This document shows positions 27,058 to 39,988 of a stretch of DNA of 64,000 nt, piece by piece. A program made the translations under genes and the position numbers. The stretch comes from Eledone cirrhosa (Eukaryota): positions 124,496,001-124,560,000 of the forward strand of contig OZ024742.1 in NCBI GenBank assembly GCA_964016885.1. Reading direction: 5' to 3'. Position 1 is the stretch's first letter. Each line of letters starts with the position of its first letter. Under the pieces are notes generated by a model, which was given only the letters and a program-made list of their open reading frames with translations, was not told the origin of the DNA and made no database searches.

Positions 27058-27962
27058 TATATGATAAAGAACACAAGAGCGTCTACAACATCAAAAAACT
27101 GTTATTGGCTTACAATGTTTCTTCCTTACGTAACCGTAGGATTCTTAAGAGCTATAAAAGGTTTTTTTTATTGGTGTTATGGACTCTACCAACCAAACAT
27201 TCAAGAACAAAGAGTAAAGAGAGTAAAGAGCAAAAGCAGGGGACAATAAGTCTAATTTTAGTGCGGGAGGGTGGGCTGTGGGTCCTTGTTTACTAGCTGT
27301 GTTCATATTCATTCCCGGGAGTCGAGTGGTTAGTTGAGCCATAGATGGGGTGTCGTCGATAGTAGGGTGCAGAGGCTACACACGCATAAATGGCATTATA
27401 TAACGGAGGAGAAAGTACATGAGGTAATTAGAAATGGAATAATAGTAATAATAATAATCTATAATTAATTGTTTCTAGTTTTGGCACAAGGCCAGAAATT
27501 ATCCAGTGTATTACTGGTACTTTATTTCATCAACCCCATAAGGATGAAAGGCAAAGTTAACATCGGCGGGATTTGAACTCAGAATGGCAACTCTATACGT
27601 CAAAGCATGGCGTCCGACCCTCTACCGTTATTGCCAATCCACCGCCCTAATAATAATCTATAATAATAATAATCTATAATAATAATAATCTATAATTAAT
27701 AATGTATAATAAGGCATGGGGAAGATTACACTGTAATACGGTATAAAAGTAAGAATAAGGTAAAATATAAAGGAGGATAAAGGTGAAAATAAGAATAAAG
27801 ATAAAAAAATATATATAAAAAATATATAGAGAATATATAAAAAAATATAAGCAAGTATTAGAAAGGGAAAAACACAATGTAAAAAAACCCATTTTGTCAA
27901 ATAAAAATATTATAAATATGGGGGGAGAAAACGGGATAGAGAAATATAATCAAATGTGATTA
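27058..27962 (-). repeat. Left arm of long inverted repeat (3' pseudo-LTR), with degenerate HHR at 27108-27152
   Basis: Reverse complement of 31245-31930 plus a SINE insertion; twin ORFs 27042+ and 31694-. Confidence 0.92.
27470..27648 (-). mobile_element. SINE family A inserted in the left arm
   Basis: Full SINE flanked by TAATAATAATCTATAAT duplication; absent from the right arm. Confidence 0.9.
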
Positions 27963-28149
27963 GTTGAGAGAATATAAGATGATAATAGTTATGTAAAGTT
28001 TATACATCTTAATAATAAATAATATGTATATCAGAGTTGCACATCCTTCAATTCACTTGCAAGTTCAACCCACGTGGCATAGTCTATTGCTCATCTGTGC
28101 GGTCGTGTGCGTTTGTGTTTGACACCACAGCAGATGCCCAAGTTCGTAA

Positions 28150-28630
28150 ATTTCAATGCAGATAGAAATCTATTTTTGCTCACCCAGACATTGACGGAGG
28201 ATCCAATATTCCTAGTTCATTGCCGACCCAATATGTGTGTGGTGTTATTTTGGTCGCACAAATCAATCACTTGGTTCAATATTATGGAGTATGGTTTTCT
28301 GGTCTTCTTTACACTATCAGTGGTTGTATATCTCGAAATCACAAGGAACACAGTACTCCGGTTTGGTGTGATTATCGGTCATCCAACTATGTTGTCGGTG
28401 GTTGGATTCAATGCTATTGCCCAGAACGTAGAACTTTGGTGTTGATTGAACATTAACGAGGCAGAGTGAGATCGCATCTGTGGTACACAACGGTACGCAA
28501 GGAAATTCTTCGTCTTCGTTTCATCCGGGTCTAGCAGTCACGTGCAAGAACTGCTACGTAGTAATTGTGAGGGTAAGCGGTCAAGATAGTAACTGACCGA
28601 AAATTTTCTTGGGAATTCAGACAGGCATGA
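28150..28630 (+). pseudogene. Highly decayed LINE AP-endonuclease relic
   Basis: Ordered motif remnants across frameshifts: LFLLTQT, GVI(Y)RSS, VVG(D)FNA, HVQE, LGNSD. Confidence 0.4.
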
Positions 28631-29254
28631 CAGGTACATTTAGGTCAGCAGTTTCTTCATGTGTACGTGCGTCCGATACATACAGACACATATTTATATG
28701 TATTTCAATAAAAAAAAATTCAATTGATTCGCTTATTGATATTATATCTCTGTTGCTCCGATGTGCATGTTGTGATGTTCTGGTCGTGTTTACCATTCAC
28801 TGTGTTTTACCATTACCTTGCAATGTGATGTTTTGGTCATCAATATTCCGGCAAGCGCATTCCTCTCTTATATTGTGGAGAATGGTGTTCTTGTCCTCAG
28901 TAAACATTTGGGTCAGCAGGAGGGGCGGTGGTTCTCAGTTTCAACTGCGACAATACATATGTGTTACTCTACATATCGTGCTCCTCTAAAAGAAGAGTAT
29001 TATAGGAGGAATTCATGCCAAACACCACATATAGAGAAGACTTCTACAGAAAAGAATTCTCTCTCCCAGAGTTCCTTCCAAATAACCTTTCGGCGACACA
29101 TAGCCAAGTACAGAATACGTAATATATAATATATAACATATAGTGTGTTATTACCTGAGTGGATATTCACTTGTATCATACATGAGAGGCAATAGAGAGT
29201 GGGGAGGAAGAGGCCCTGCTTTTATGGTGGAGGTTGGGGTGAACTAGCATAAGA

Positions 29255-29900
29255 ATGCACACCCGCAGACGTTCCCGCATCTGTCTGAGCGTACACATGG
29301 ACAGCGACGCACACACTCAAACACGCATATATGTATACACCCATGCACACACACACGCACGCGCACACACACGCACAGATGATAGAGGCTGGGGTGTATT
29401 GTTATATATGTCCATGTTCGCAGACATACACATACTCATACCCACCCATAGATGTACGTATGCATACACACACACACACATGAGAGGTTTGGGTGTATTA
29501 GCACATGGGTAGATATTCCCCCACATGCATGCGTGCACACACACATGCACACACACATATATCCGCGCGCACAGACACACACACCAGCCCACGCCCATCT
29601 ACACCCAGGCATATAGATCACCACCCCACTACACGCATGAATATACACAGACGTGTGGGGGTTAGCGAGATTTAAGATATACGGAACCTGAGGGGTCATT
29701 ATAGCGACATAGGTTTACCCACAAGATATATGGCATATGATATTGGATCCACAGAATGTGATCATGCCGCGGTACTAGCCAGTGCACACATATGCGCACA
29801 CACCTGCGCCTCCTCACTCCCCGACAGACCAGCGCCCACACACATGTACACACCCATATTCGATGACATGTACCCACATAGGCGTATTTATGGGGATCCA
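29255..29900. repeat. Degenerate CA-rich low-complexity tract
   Basis: Visible (CA)n/(CG)-interrupted runs. Confidence 0.7.
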
Positions 29901-30190
29901 TAGAGGAGCAAATAAATGGATGAGTCGCAGGGGAGCCTGCAGTACTACGGGGCGGTTGTGCAGCGCAACTTAAGATGAGGGCTAGGACAAAATGCCGTCC
30001 AGGAGTGGTGTAACCTAGATGAGAGTATGACATTCCATTTACTCCACACCGTCTCGTGTCCCAAATTCAATTCTCCCAAAGCTGTAGCCCGGTAGGGGAC
30101 TGTTCCACCCATAGGCTACCTATCTATCTGGGGGGAGTTGTAGTCAAGGAGGGGTATGTCTAAGTGTGGGTTGCGTAATATATATTACGT

Positions 30191-31244
30191 CTATGTGCTA
30201 GGTTTAAAATAGAAGAAGGAACTCAGGATTTTGTGTTGGCAAGAGGAGAACATTTCCGAATTCCTGTTAAGCAGGTTCTGTTTAGAGTGTATTATGGCAT
30301 GGCATTCTAGTAAACGCAGGTCACAACTCCCGCTCTGCGGTCGGTATGGCGTGGATCTAGTAAGCTTCCTCCAAAAAAGTTTGTAAGGGGTACTATTATT
30401 TTTTAAAAAGGAGATGTATCCCGCCAGTGAGGTGGCATTATTATGTCTATCGTGTCTAAATGTGCACATATGCGCGTTATATCTAGTTTTAAATGTATTG
30501 GACGTTGATCCTATATATGTTTTGGTAGAGTTGTGTGTGGTTACGTCACATGCATATACGATGTTTTTCATGAGAAAAGCCCCCCTTAGGGGACAGGTAC
30601 TACTCCGCCTACAATTGCAACTGCGGGTTCGATCAGTTAGCGTACCTCCCGAACTTTGGTTACTAGCATTATCACTAGGTGCCTCTACATCATTAGATGG
30701 CTCAGTGATGCTATTATGTTGCCTATTTTCCAGTGTAGTCGGTTGCTGGTGGTTAACTGCCATTTTAATTGTTTCGAAACCTTCCCTAGTGTTCCTAATG
30801 TTCGTGCGTGCTAGGTGTGATGCCAGGTTAGGTATGGTCGAATAGGATAATTTAATCACGTTTTTGTTAATTATGTTGCGATATCTATTGCCTGGTGGGA
30901 AGATCTTTTTCTAATAATGAGAATAATACTCTGGGGAGGTTAGTGAAGACCTCAGAGTTAAAAGGTGGGTTAAAATACATGTTTTTCCTTCTATTTTTCT
31001 TATCTGTGGGGTGAGTCTCGTTACTGTGCGTACTATTTTGTAGGGTTCCGTTATTAACGTTAGTGGCGTTGTCTGTTTTGCTTATGCCCGGATGGTTTAT
31101 ATTCATGGCATGACCATTTGCTGCTTTAGAGTTGTGGTGAGGGACTCTAGTATTGTCTCTACGTGGTTTACATTTAGCTGGGTTACCGCCATTAGGGTTC
31201 TTACTATTATTCTTGCCTCTAAGTTGGTTAGGCTTTGTGGCCAT
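30191..31244 (-). mobile_element. Penelope-like (Naiad-type) linker plus GIY-YIG endonuclease, 5'-truncated
   Basis: YFNPPFN, IKLSYST, CNCRRSSTCPL, IVYAC, TYIGST..FKTRY..H, CDL.LLE, LLNRNSE..SSCQH. Confidence 0.92.
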
Positions 31245-31930
31245 ACTATTTGATTATATTTCTCTATCCCGTTTTCTCCCCCCATATTTATAATATTTTT
31301 ATTTGACAAAATCGGTTTTTTTACATCGTGCTTTTCCCTTTCTAATACTTGCTTATATTTTTTATATATTCTCTATATATTTTTTATATATATTTTTTAT
31401 CTTTATTCTTATTTTCACCTTTATCCTCCTTTATATTTTACATTATTCTTACTTTTATACCTTATTATAGTGTAATCTTCCGCATGCCTTATTATACATT
31501 ATTAATTATAGATTATTATTATTACTCTTATTCCATTTCTAATTACCTCATGTACTTTCTCCTCCGTTATATATATATTGTATGCCCTTTGTGTGTGTGT
31601 AGCCTCTGCACACCCTCTGCACCCTACTATCGACGCCACCACATCTATGGCTCCACTAACCACTCGACTCCCGGGAATGAAATATGACCACAGCTAGTAA
31701 ACAAGGACCCACACCCCACCCTCCCGCACCAAAATTAGACTTAGTGTTCCCTGCTTTTGCTCTTTACTCTCTTTACTCTTTGTTCTTGAATGTTTGGTTG
31801 GTAGAGTCCATGACACCAATAAAAAACCCCTTTTATAGCTCTGATGAAACCTACGGTTACGTAAGGAAGAAACATTGTAAGCCAATAAAAAGTTGTTGAT
31901 GTTGTAGACGCTCTTGTGTTCTTTATCATA
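31245..31930 (+). repeat. Right arm of long inverted repeat (inverted pseudo-LTR)
   Basis: Reverse complement of 27058-27962. Confidence 0.92.
31838..31882 (+). ncRNA. Type I hammerhead motif in pseudo-LTR
   Basis: GCT-CTGATGA-AA-CCTAC(GGTTAC)GTAAGG-AA-GAAAC-ATT-GTA-AGC followed by CAATAAA. Confidence 0.75.
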
Positions 31931-32845
31931 TATATATATATACATAAATATTGCCGTAATGTATGTTCGCCATCACCATAAAAGGAGTCCTCGCTATGTA
32001 ATTATAGAAATGAATATTCTATATTATATATACTACATGGCAAACTGGTGTATACCTTCTTATGTACTCCGCGTTTCGTGAATCTCTCGATGTAATTCGA
32101 TTGTCACAGTTCGGAGCGGATAAGTAAGAATACGCCTCTGCCATGTATTTCATACAATATATTCCCATGTAGCCCAGTAGAACCTATTTCACGATCAGAT
32201 GGTGGGCGACTAAACCGACTACCGCTCCAGGTCCTGCTCTATATAGCAGGCTAGGTGGAAATCAAGCAGCACAAAAGCAAGTGTTGTCAAAGAGCCAACC
32301 AATTCCACAGGGTCAAGTGCCTTCCATCCCAAGTTTGAGTTAGGTAATCTAACCAAACTGCACTTGGCCAAGCGTGGGGAGTACGGTTACATCCACCGAC
32401 AATAACATACGATCCTCATAACTGTCCTGTTATCTTGCCTTGACATGTCACTGAACACAGAGCTGCGGGGATAGAGTGGGTGGAATGTGCGTAGCATAAG
32501 CAGTGGCATTGTCATCTTTATGAGTATATGTTTTTGCACAAGTCCAACAGTGGTGGAGGAGTGGCAATGCGAGGAGACTTGGCCGGTTAGGAGAACATAG
32601 TCACAAATCTATACCTGAGCGCCTCGTGTCTTATCCTAACGTGGCTGCACTGTTAAGTTCAACAGCAACCTACTTCGATGGAGTCTTATATGCTGCAACG
32701 CTAACTTCGACTATTTTAAATCTATTTAATCTCTGTATACTAAAGCCGTTACACTGGAATACAACCCAAACGAAAATTACGTCATAACAGCATCGAGTGC
32801 TTTGTCGGCGCACCGCTTGTAACTGTCGTTGCACATTTAACTAAC

Positions 32846-32999
<154 letters not shown>

Positions 33000-33000
33000 T

Positions 33001-33637
33001 AAAGTTGGAAATAGCACGGAAAATATATTTTAGGGTATGTTTTTCTATTTTTTTTCCTTTCTTTGATTCGTCAAAGTGACATTATTGAAGAGAAGATATT
33101 ATGTAAAAAATAGGGGGACAATTCTTTTTAAAACAAGTTTTATAATGTACATAAAGTATATAAATTATATAAAGTATTACCAGTTTCCATATATTATTAA
33201 AATGCATCTTATCAATGTTGAGTATTGCAATTAAAAAGAATTAATAGGAATTAAAAACTAACATTTAAAGATTTGAAATTAAAATTAAATGTTGGAGTAA
33301 GTCTTTTTCCCATATTTCCAGTCCACCTCTGAGCAAGAAAGATGGGAAAAAAACTTACTCCAACACTTAATTTTAATTTTAAATGTTTAAATTTTAGTTT
33401 TTAATTACTATTAATTCTTTTTAATTGCAATACTCAACATTTGATAAGATGAATTTTAATAATACACCGAAACCGGTAATAGTTTATAAACATTATAAAA
33501 CTTTTTTTAAAAAGAATTGTCCCTCTCATTTTTTCAATAATGTCATCTTTTCAATAATGTAACTTTGACGAATGAAAGAAAATAAAAAAAATAAAAACAG
33601 ACCCTAAAATATATTTTCCGTGCTATTTCCGACTTCA
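33001..33637. repeat. Fold-back palindrome, arms about 315 bp
   Basis: GGAAATAGCACGGAAAATATATTTTAGGGT / ACCCTAAAATATATTTTCCGTGCTATTTCC; centre near 33318-33340. Confidence 0.95.
33436..33484 (+). ncRNA. Hammerhead-like motif with UUGAUAA core (mirror copy at about 33174-33220 minus)
   Basis: AACAT-TTGATAA-GATGAATT(TTAAT)AATACACC-GAAAC-CG-GTA-ATAGTT; palindromic ACCGGT stem III. Confidence 0.55.
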
Positions 33638-33683
33638 CCTTTTCTCTTCATCCAGTGTTCTGTATAGAACCTTACTTCCATTT

Positions 33684-33778
<95 letters not shown>

Positions 33779-33818
33779 GGGAAGTAAGGTTCTATATATA
33801 TATGTGTGTGTGTGTATG

Positions 33819-34025
<207 letters not shown>

Positions 34026-34253
34026 AATAGAATGAAACGAAATTTCATTTAAGTAAGTGCCGTACTAAGAGAGAAGCGAAATTTCATTTAAGTAAGTGCC
34101 GTACTAAGAGAGAAATGATATTTCGTTTCATTCTATTCCATTTATCGTTTTCGGTGTGCTCGGCCGACTGAACTCACACGATATGCAAATTAGGCTGCTC
34201 AGCCGTTAATATGCATAAGGAAAGTATATACTTTCAGACGCTCAACCATCTGG

Positions 34254-34312
34254 CAGGAAGGTATACGATGCTGACGATAGCTAATAAGCTTGAAACTAGT
34301 ACATCGTTCCTG
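34254..34312 (+). ncRNA. Type I hammerhead ribozyme with extended, bulged stem I
   Basis: CAGGA-aggtat-ACGATG-CTGACGA-T-AGCT(AATA)AGCT-T-GAAAC-TA-GTA-CATCGT-TCCTG. Confidence 0.88.
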
Positions 34313-34528
34313 TGTCAATGTTGAATAAAAAGGTGACGTGGTTGCCTAAACACTGTACGGCGTAATTCGGGTTGTCTGTTTGTTTACAAACAAACAAACC
34401 AGGCATTATAATAAATGTTCGGTAAACCGATACGGGCATATATATATATATGTGTGCATGTATGTATATATATGTATATACTACTGTACGTCTGTATACA
34501 TATATGTATGTACGTATACATACATACT

Positions 34529-34563
<35 letters not shown>

Positions 34564-37000
34564 GTATATATATATACAATGTAAATGACAATCAACGAGT
34601 GTTTAAAACATTTAATCATTTACGATCGTTTCATCCTATCACAAGGATAAAATAATAGGAGTCAAACAGAGGTCAAACACAAACAAAATATCTAAACTTT
34701 GAACTTAAACTGTTAGGAGAATACATAAAATTAGAGGCTAGATTAGCATAAGTACTAACATTTATATAATATAACAGAGGCGGAAGAAGCAAATAAAGAA
34801 TAGTAGCATATAATTGAACATCAAATTAAGAGCAGATAAAAGCATTAAAAACATAATGTTACAGATATATAATAAACATGATGCCACAGAAAAGTTAAGT
34901 AAAGTGAAAAACATATATCATAAGCAGTTAAGAAAATTAAAAAAGTTAATAAGAGAAGACACGCAATTCAAATATATATATAAAAATACATGACCAAAAA
35001 ATATTTTTAATAATACATCTAAAATGGTCGACTGCGTAATTCAGTCATAATAATAATTATTTTTCAACCCGTCCAAAGGAGTTAAATAGAATCATCGAAG
35101 TGAAAAATCAAAAATAGATTGAACTGTTATCAAGACACATCATCGAAAATACCACATAGTTGAATAGAGGAGACAAAGTCATATATCATCAAGCGTATAT
35201 AATAAAACGGGAAAAATATGTGTGATATATGTATGTTTGTGAGTCTAAGTGTGTTTTCCTAGTGAGGACATGAATTTAATTTAAAAGAAAGAATGAAACT
35301 AGCCGCTGTGATGTTGGAATACAGGCTTTTAAATTAACCATTTCGATGCACTTCTTTCCATTATATTATTGATCCTAGGTTTTAATAGCTTCATTACGGG
35401 GACTTCCTTAATCCTCAGCGTACCTATACTGCGTTCGGTAGCTAAGCTTGTGGGTGGTTGTAATATTGTCCCGGTTTCCACATTTGATGGTGTGTTTTCG
35501 GAAAGAAGACGAGTTGGTGTTAATACCTTCTTTAATACAGAGATGTAACGGCCGAATAATGCTACCTATGTAAAATACATTGCACATGTTACATTCTAGT
35601 ATGTATACTATGTAGGTATTTAGCCAACAATTAGTGTTGTGAATAGGGAAATTTGCAATGGTGCATCCATTATCCTAGTTGGGAGGTTGCCTTGTGGAGA
35701 GGCATCTTCGCAGGGAAGGTCCAGAATGAACAAGTTTGATAGTGAGGCCCTCGCTTCTGATGGCTTTGCGTATGGCGTTGGTGGCTTCCTCTCTAAGATA
35801 TAATTATATATATATAATATGATTATATCGTTTTTAACAAATGCTTAAAGACCAGCACATCTATATAGTAAATACCACATGTTCTTATCTCAATTTAACT
35901 AATACATAGGGAGCAATATATGTATATAATAAATACATAGCTGTTTACCAAATATCTTGAGTGCAGTATATATATAAATTTATTTAAAGTTGATCAGAAC
36001 AGTAAATGTCTTCTATCGAACTCGATCTATCCCATATAGAATATAAACGGTAGATGACTCAACCATGTGGATAACATTCCTATCTCAGCTACGCACTTTC
36101 TCGTAAGCAATCTCATGTATGCTACTCGATCTAATAACTTTGCTTGATATGGATTTTTATTTATAACAAAATAACTAAGCTGGTGCGCACATAAACCAAA
36201 GTATATGGAAACCTATTGTAAATGCATACTTTAAAATGAAACTAAGAATTCGTACAAATCTTACGTTTCATCGGTTCGTTTGAATTGTAGTGGCTACTGA
36301 AATCGTATTTGCTATCCCTAGGGGTATTTATAGTCTGCGGATTGGCAGAGCCGTTAGAATGCCGTAAAGAATAATTTGTACTACTCGTTCTGGCTCTCTG
36401 CTCCCTAAATTTAAATCCCACACAAGTCAACTTTGATTTTCATCAATTCGTGGTCGATAAAGAAGTACGAGTCTTGTACTAGGGTCGATTATTCCTCTAT
36501 TATATTTTCCTGTCCTCCCTATCACATTCTATGGAAGAAATCTGCTCAAGAAACACTATGTTTTTCCGTTACTATACAACTCCAGCACTATGGTTTTTAC
36601 CCGGTTTTGTTCCTCAATTCTCATTGTAGGAAGTCTGTGTTCGGATTTCAACATTTCTAAGATTGTATATATTTACAAATATGATGCGTAAAATATTGAA
36701 ATACTTACCTGTATACTCAATAGGAACAAGTTACAAAAACCGTTGCGCATGAACTATTGAATATCTCGAAGATTGACTTTATCAACGTACTTTAATAATA
36801 TGAAATTGAAGGAAACTTTTACATTCGTATTCTAAAAGAAATTGCACATTATTGTTACAGATTACTGTAAAGTAAATCAATATCAATTCACGTCGGAAAT
36901 TTAATAAATATTTACATTCGTATAATCTATGAATATTTTGTAGTGTAATAGTTGACAAACGAATAGAAGCTTCATTAAATAATCTCCGGCTAATAATAAT

Positions 37001-37158
37001 TGTTTCTACGTTAGGCACAAGGCCAGCAATTACCCAGTGTATTACTGGTACTTCATTTTATCGACCCCGTAAGGATGAAAGGCAAAGTTAACCTCGGCGG
37101 GATTTGAACTCAGAATGGCAAGGGCCGTAACTCTATGCGTCAAAGCATGGCGTCCGAC
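37001..37158 (-). mobile_element. SINE family A copy
   Basis: Family body; flanked by CGGCTAATAATAAT duplication. Confidence 0.88.
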
Positions 37159-37921
37159 TAATAATAGTCGGCTAATAATAATAAAAGACCAACAGTTGGG
37201 AAAATATCTATTAATCATCAAATATATAACATACTATTACAAATTGTCTCTTTGGTGTCTCAATATTTGGGAAGTTGTTCGATTTTGTTTTGTGTCATAT
37301 GTTTTCAAAATAAGTTCTATATTATTTATCTCCTATATGAAAAATATATATATGTATTTTAAATGGAACTCAACACTAAGTAATTAGACTTGGTATTAAC
37401 AATTTGCCGTTAAGATTCTTAAGTATTGCATCACATTTTACTAATCCAGTCGTTATACAAAAGCTATGTAAAGCTGAACTAACACTGTCATACCCACACG
37501 ATTATAAATACACTCCCCCAACGCACGCTCCAGAAACAGAGCTGACGACAAAAGAGAAAAATTGGTTGGACTTGTTGTAACGGTTCCCTGTCAAGGTATC
37601 ACATTTAATTTACTTAAGAGCAGAGAAAGAAAAAAGGTTTTACACCCTACATGCAATTTCAGACCAATAAGATTGAGACAATTTTGCATCTAATACTTTG
37701 CTATAATTATATATCATTGTTTGGTCTCGAATTTTCAAAAAGCTCAATCATTTTCCAACTGTGACGGCTTTGGGTTTTTATTGGAAATTATATTTATGAA
37801 TTTTATGTAGCGTGCGTAGATTTGATTTTTGTTTTCTTGGATTTTTTAAGAATAATTGAAGCCTGTAGAGAATTGATACACCTTTCCCACTTTGGTAGTA
37901 ATGAAATTATATTATAATGGC

Positions 37922-38135
37922 TAGGGCGTTGGATTGGTAGTAGGGCGGTGGATTGGCTGTATCTGTAGAGGGTCGGACGCCATGCATTGCAGCAAAGAGT
38001 TACGGTTCTTTATGGTCTGAGTTCAAATCTCGCCAGGGTTAACTTTGCCTTTCATCCTTATGGGGTCGATAAAATAAAGTACCAGTAATGCACTGGGGTA
38101 ATTGGTGGCCTTGTGCGAAAAAGTAGAAATAATTA
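37922..38135 (+). mobile_element. SINE family A with duplicated 5' head
   Basis: TAGGGCGTTGGATTGG repeated as TAGGGCGGTGGATTGG, B box GAGTTCAAATCTC, full tail. Confidence 0.88.
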
Positions 38136-39934
38136 TAATGGCAGCCACAGAAATCTAACAAGTTAGCAGTTAAGTGGGAGGATACATTGTAAGGGGTGAA
38201 AGTAAATTGTTATCAATTAAAATTTCACGCACAATAAAGATAAAAAAAACGATCTCGCTTTCATTAGTTTGGCGAAAAATGGTATGGAAAATAATGACGC
38301 CATCAGTCTGAATTAACAATTGAAAGCACCATTCAACATGTGTACGTGCACATTCTATCCATTTCTATTCTTATGAACCAGAGGCTGAATGATAAAACTC
38401 ACTCACATAATATGTGCTGATAGACGTTTCCGGCTCACCCTATCAATTCAGGTGTGCTACAAAGTTCGGATTTGTTCTTCACATTCAACAGCCCCAATCT
38501 CTCTTTAGATGATACCTCTCCTCATTCCACCCTTGTCTTCCACAACCTTGAATCATTCTTAGATACCAAGACATTTCACCCCAAAAGTGTAAAGCTTCCA
38601 TTAAAATAGGGATTGAAACCATTACTCCATGAGGTTATGTCATTATGTTTTCCTCAAGAAATGCATATTCATTAGATATATGATGAAAACAAGCAAATAT
38701 ATCAACTAAATATGGAAAAATATTAAATTGGACCTTCACCTCCAAAATAAATACTAGATATCAACACCTCAAATACATTCACGTAATCAACAAAGGAACA
38801 ATTATACCACAACTACGGACCTTCGTCCTTGAGACGAGAACATTTGTAAGTCAGCTAATAGAAAACTATTGTAACACATACACACATCATACACTGATTT
38901 GGAAGACACTTCAGTCTCTTCCGTTTATGTACCACTTCAAACGTAGCTTATGCTCTTCATGGGATGCGCAGATCTTATGCCATCTAAATACAGGATTACC
39001 CTAGAATCAATTGCTATTCCTTCTCTCAACACCTATGCTATGTCCATTACCCTCATCTACAAATTAACCCTCCCATTTAGAAAAAACAATTTCTGGAATG
39101 TGTTGTTATAAATTTATTTTCACCTACCCAGGATTATCCTCCGGGTAATAGCTTAAAGTTCTTTCAATACGTAAATCATCCACACCCTTCTCTCGAATCC
39201 TGGTGGGCCAGTAAATACGATAGGCACTGTCCTATTCTCGAGAACAAGTATTAACAATATGTAGTACTCTATTTAATATTCTTTGGCAACTATGATTTTC
39301 GAAGCATTTTTGCATCAAAGGTAGCGAAATTGGAGAGTTATTACAGTCTCCATTAAATACCTCCTCTAATCTGTAACAACCCGCTAAGATCTAAATAAAA
39401 AATGATACCTAAGAAAGCTTTGCCTTTTATAAATTTAGGGAAATGGCTTCGTCAAATTTTTAAAATGCCTTACATTATCTCCTTCAGCTGTTTAAACTGT
39501 GAGTTTAGATATGATATTAATGGGGCCAAGGTACAATTGATATTTCAATGTCGATCCTGTTATATGCATACATGGGCAACTAGTGGAATTCCCCACAGCT
39601 TTTACCCAGGTCTGCGCCTTGCCAAGGAAACTTTCACGTGCAAATCATTAGCTATATGAGGGATACGGTACCTCTTAATGTTCCTATATTATATGAAATA
39701 TTATATTGAAAGTGAATTACGAAATCATAAAATATCCGCAATTATATTTATTAGACTCTTTATTATTTTGAGAAGAAAGATATTTCTAATAATAATGACG
39801 ATGTTTCTGAGAAGAATGGTGCTGGTAATCTCAACTTAAAGTAGAATATATTTGAGTGGTGATTAAGTGTAGGGGCTATTATTTCAACCTACTGTCTCTC
39901 TCAACCCTCTCTTTCTCTCTTACTTTGTATGTAT

Positions 39935-39988
<54 letters not shown>

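Noticed and set aside
34039-34114. 37-bp direct repeat pair, and a 20-bp pair at 45599-45638, as CRISPR-like
   Set aside because: Only two adjacent copies, no spacers, eukaryotic context
38300-39400. Possible old Penelope remnants, also 35330-35790, 43530-44440 and 55200-55440
   Set aside because: Only scattered motif hints; too decayed to delimit without alignment
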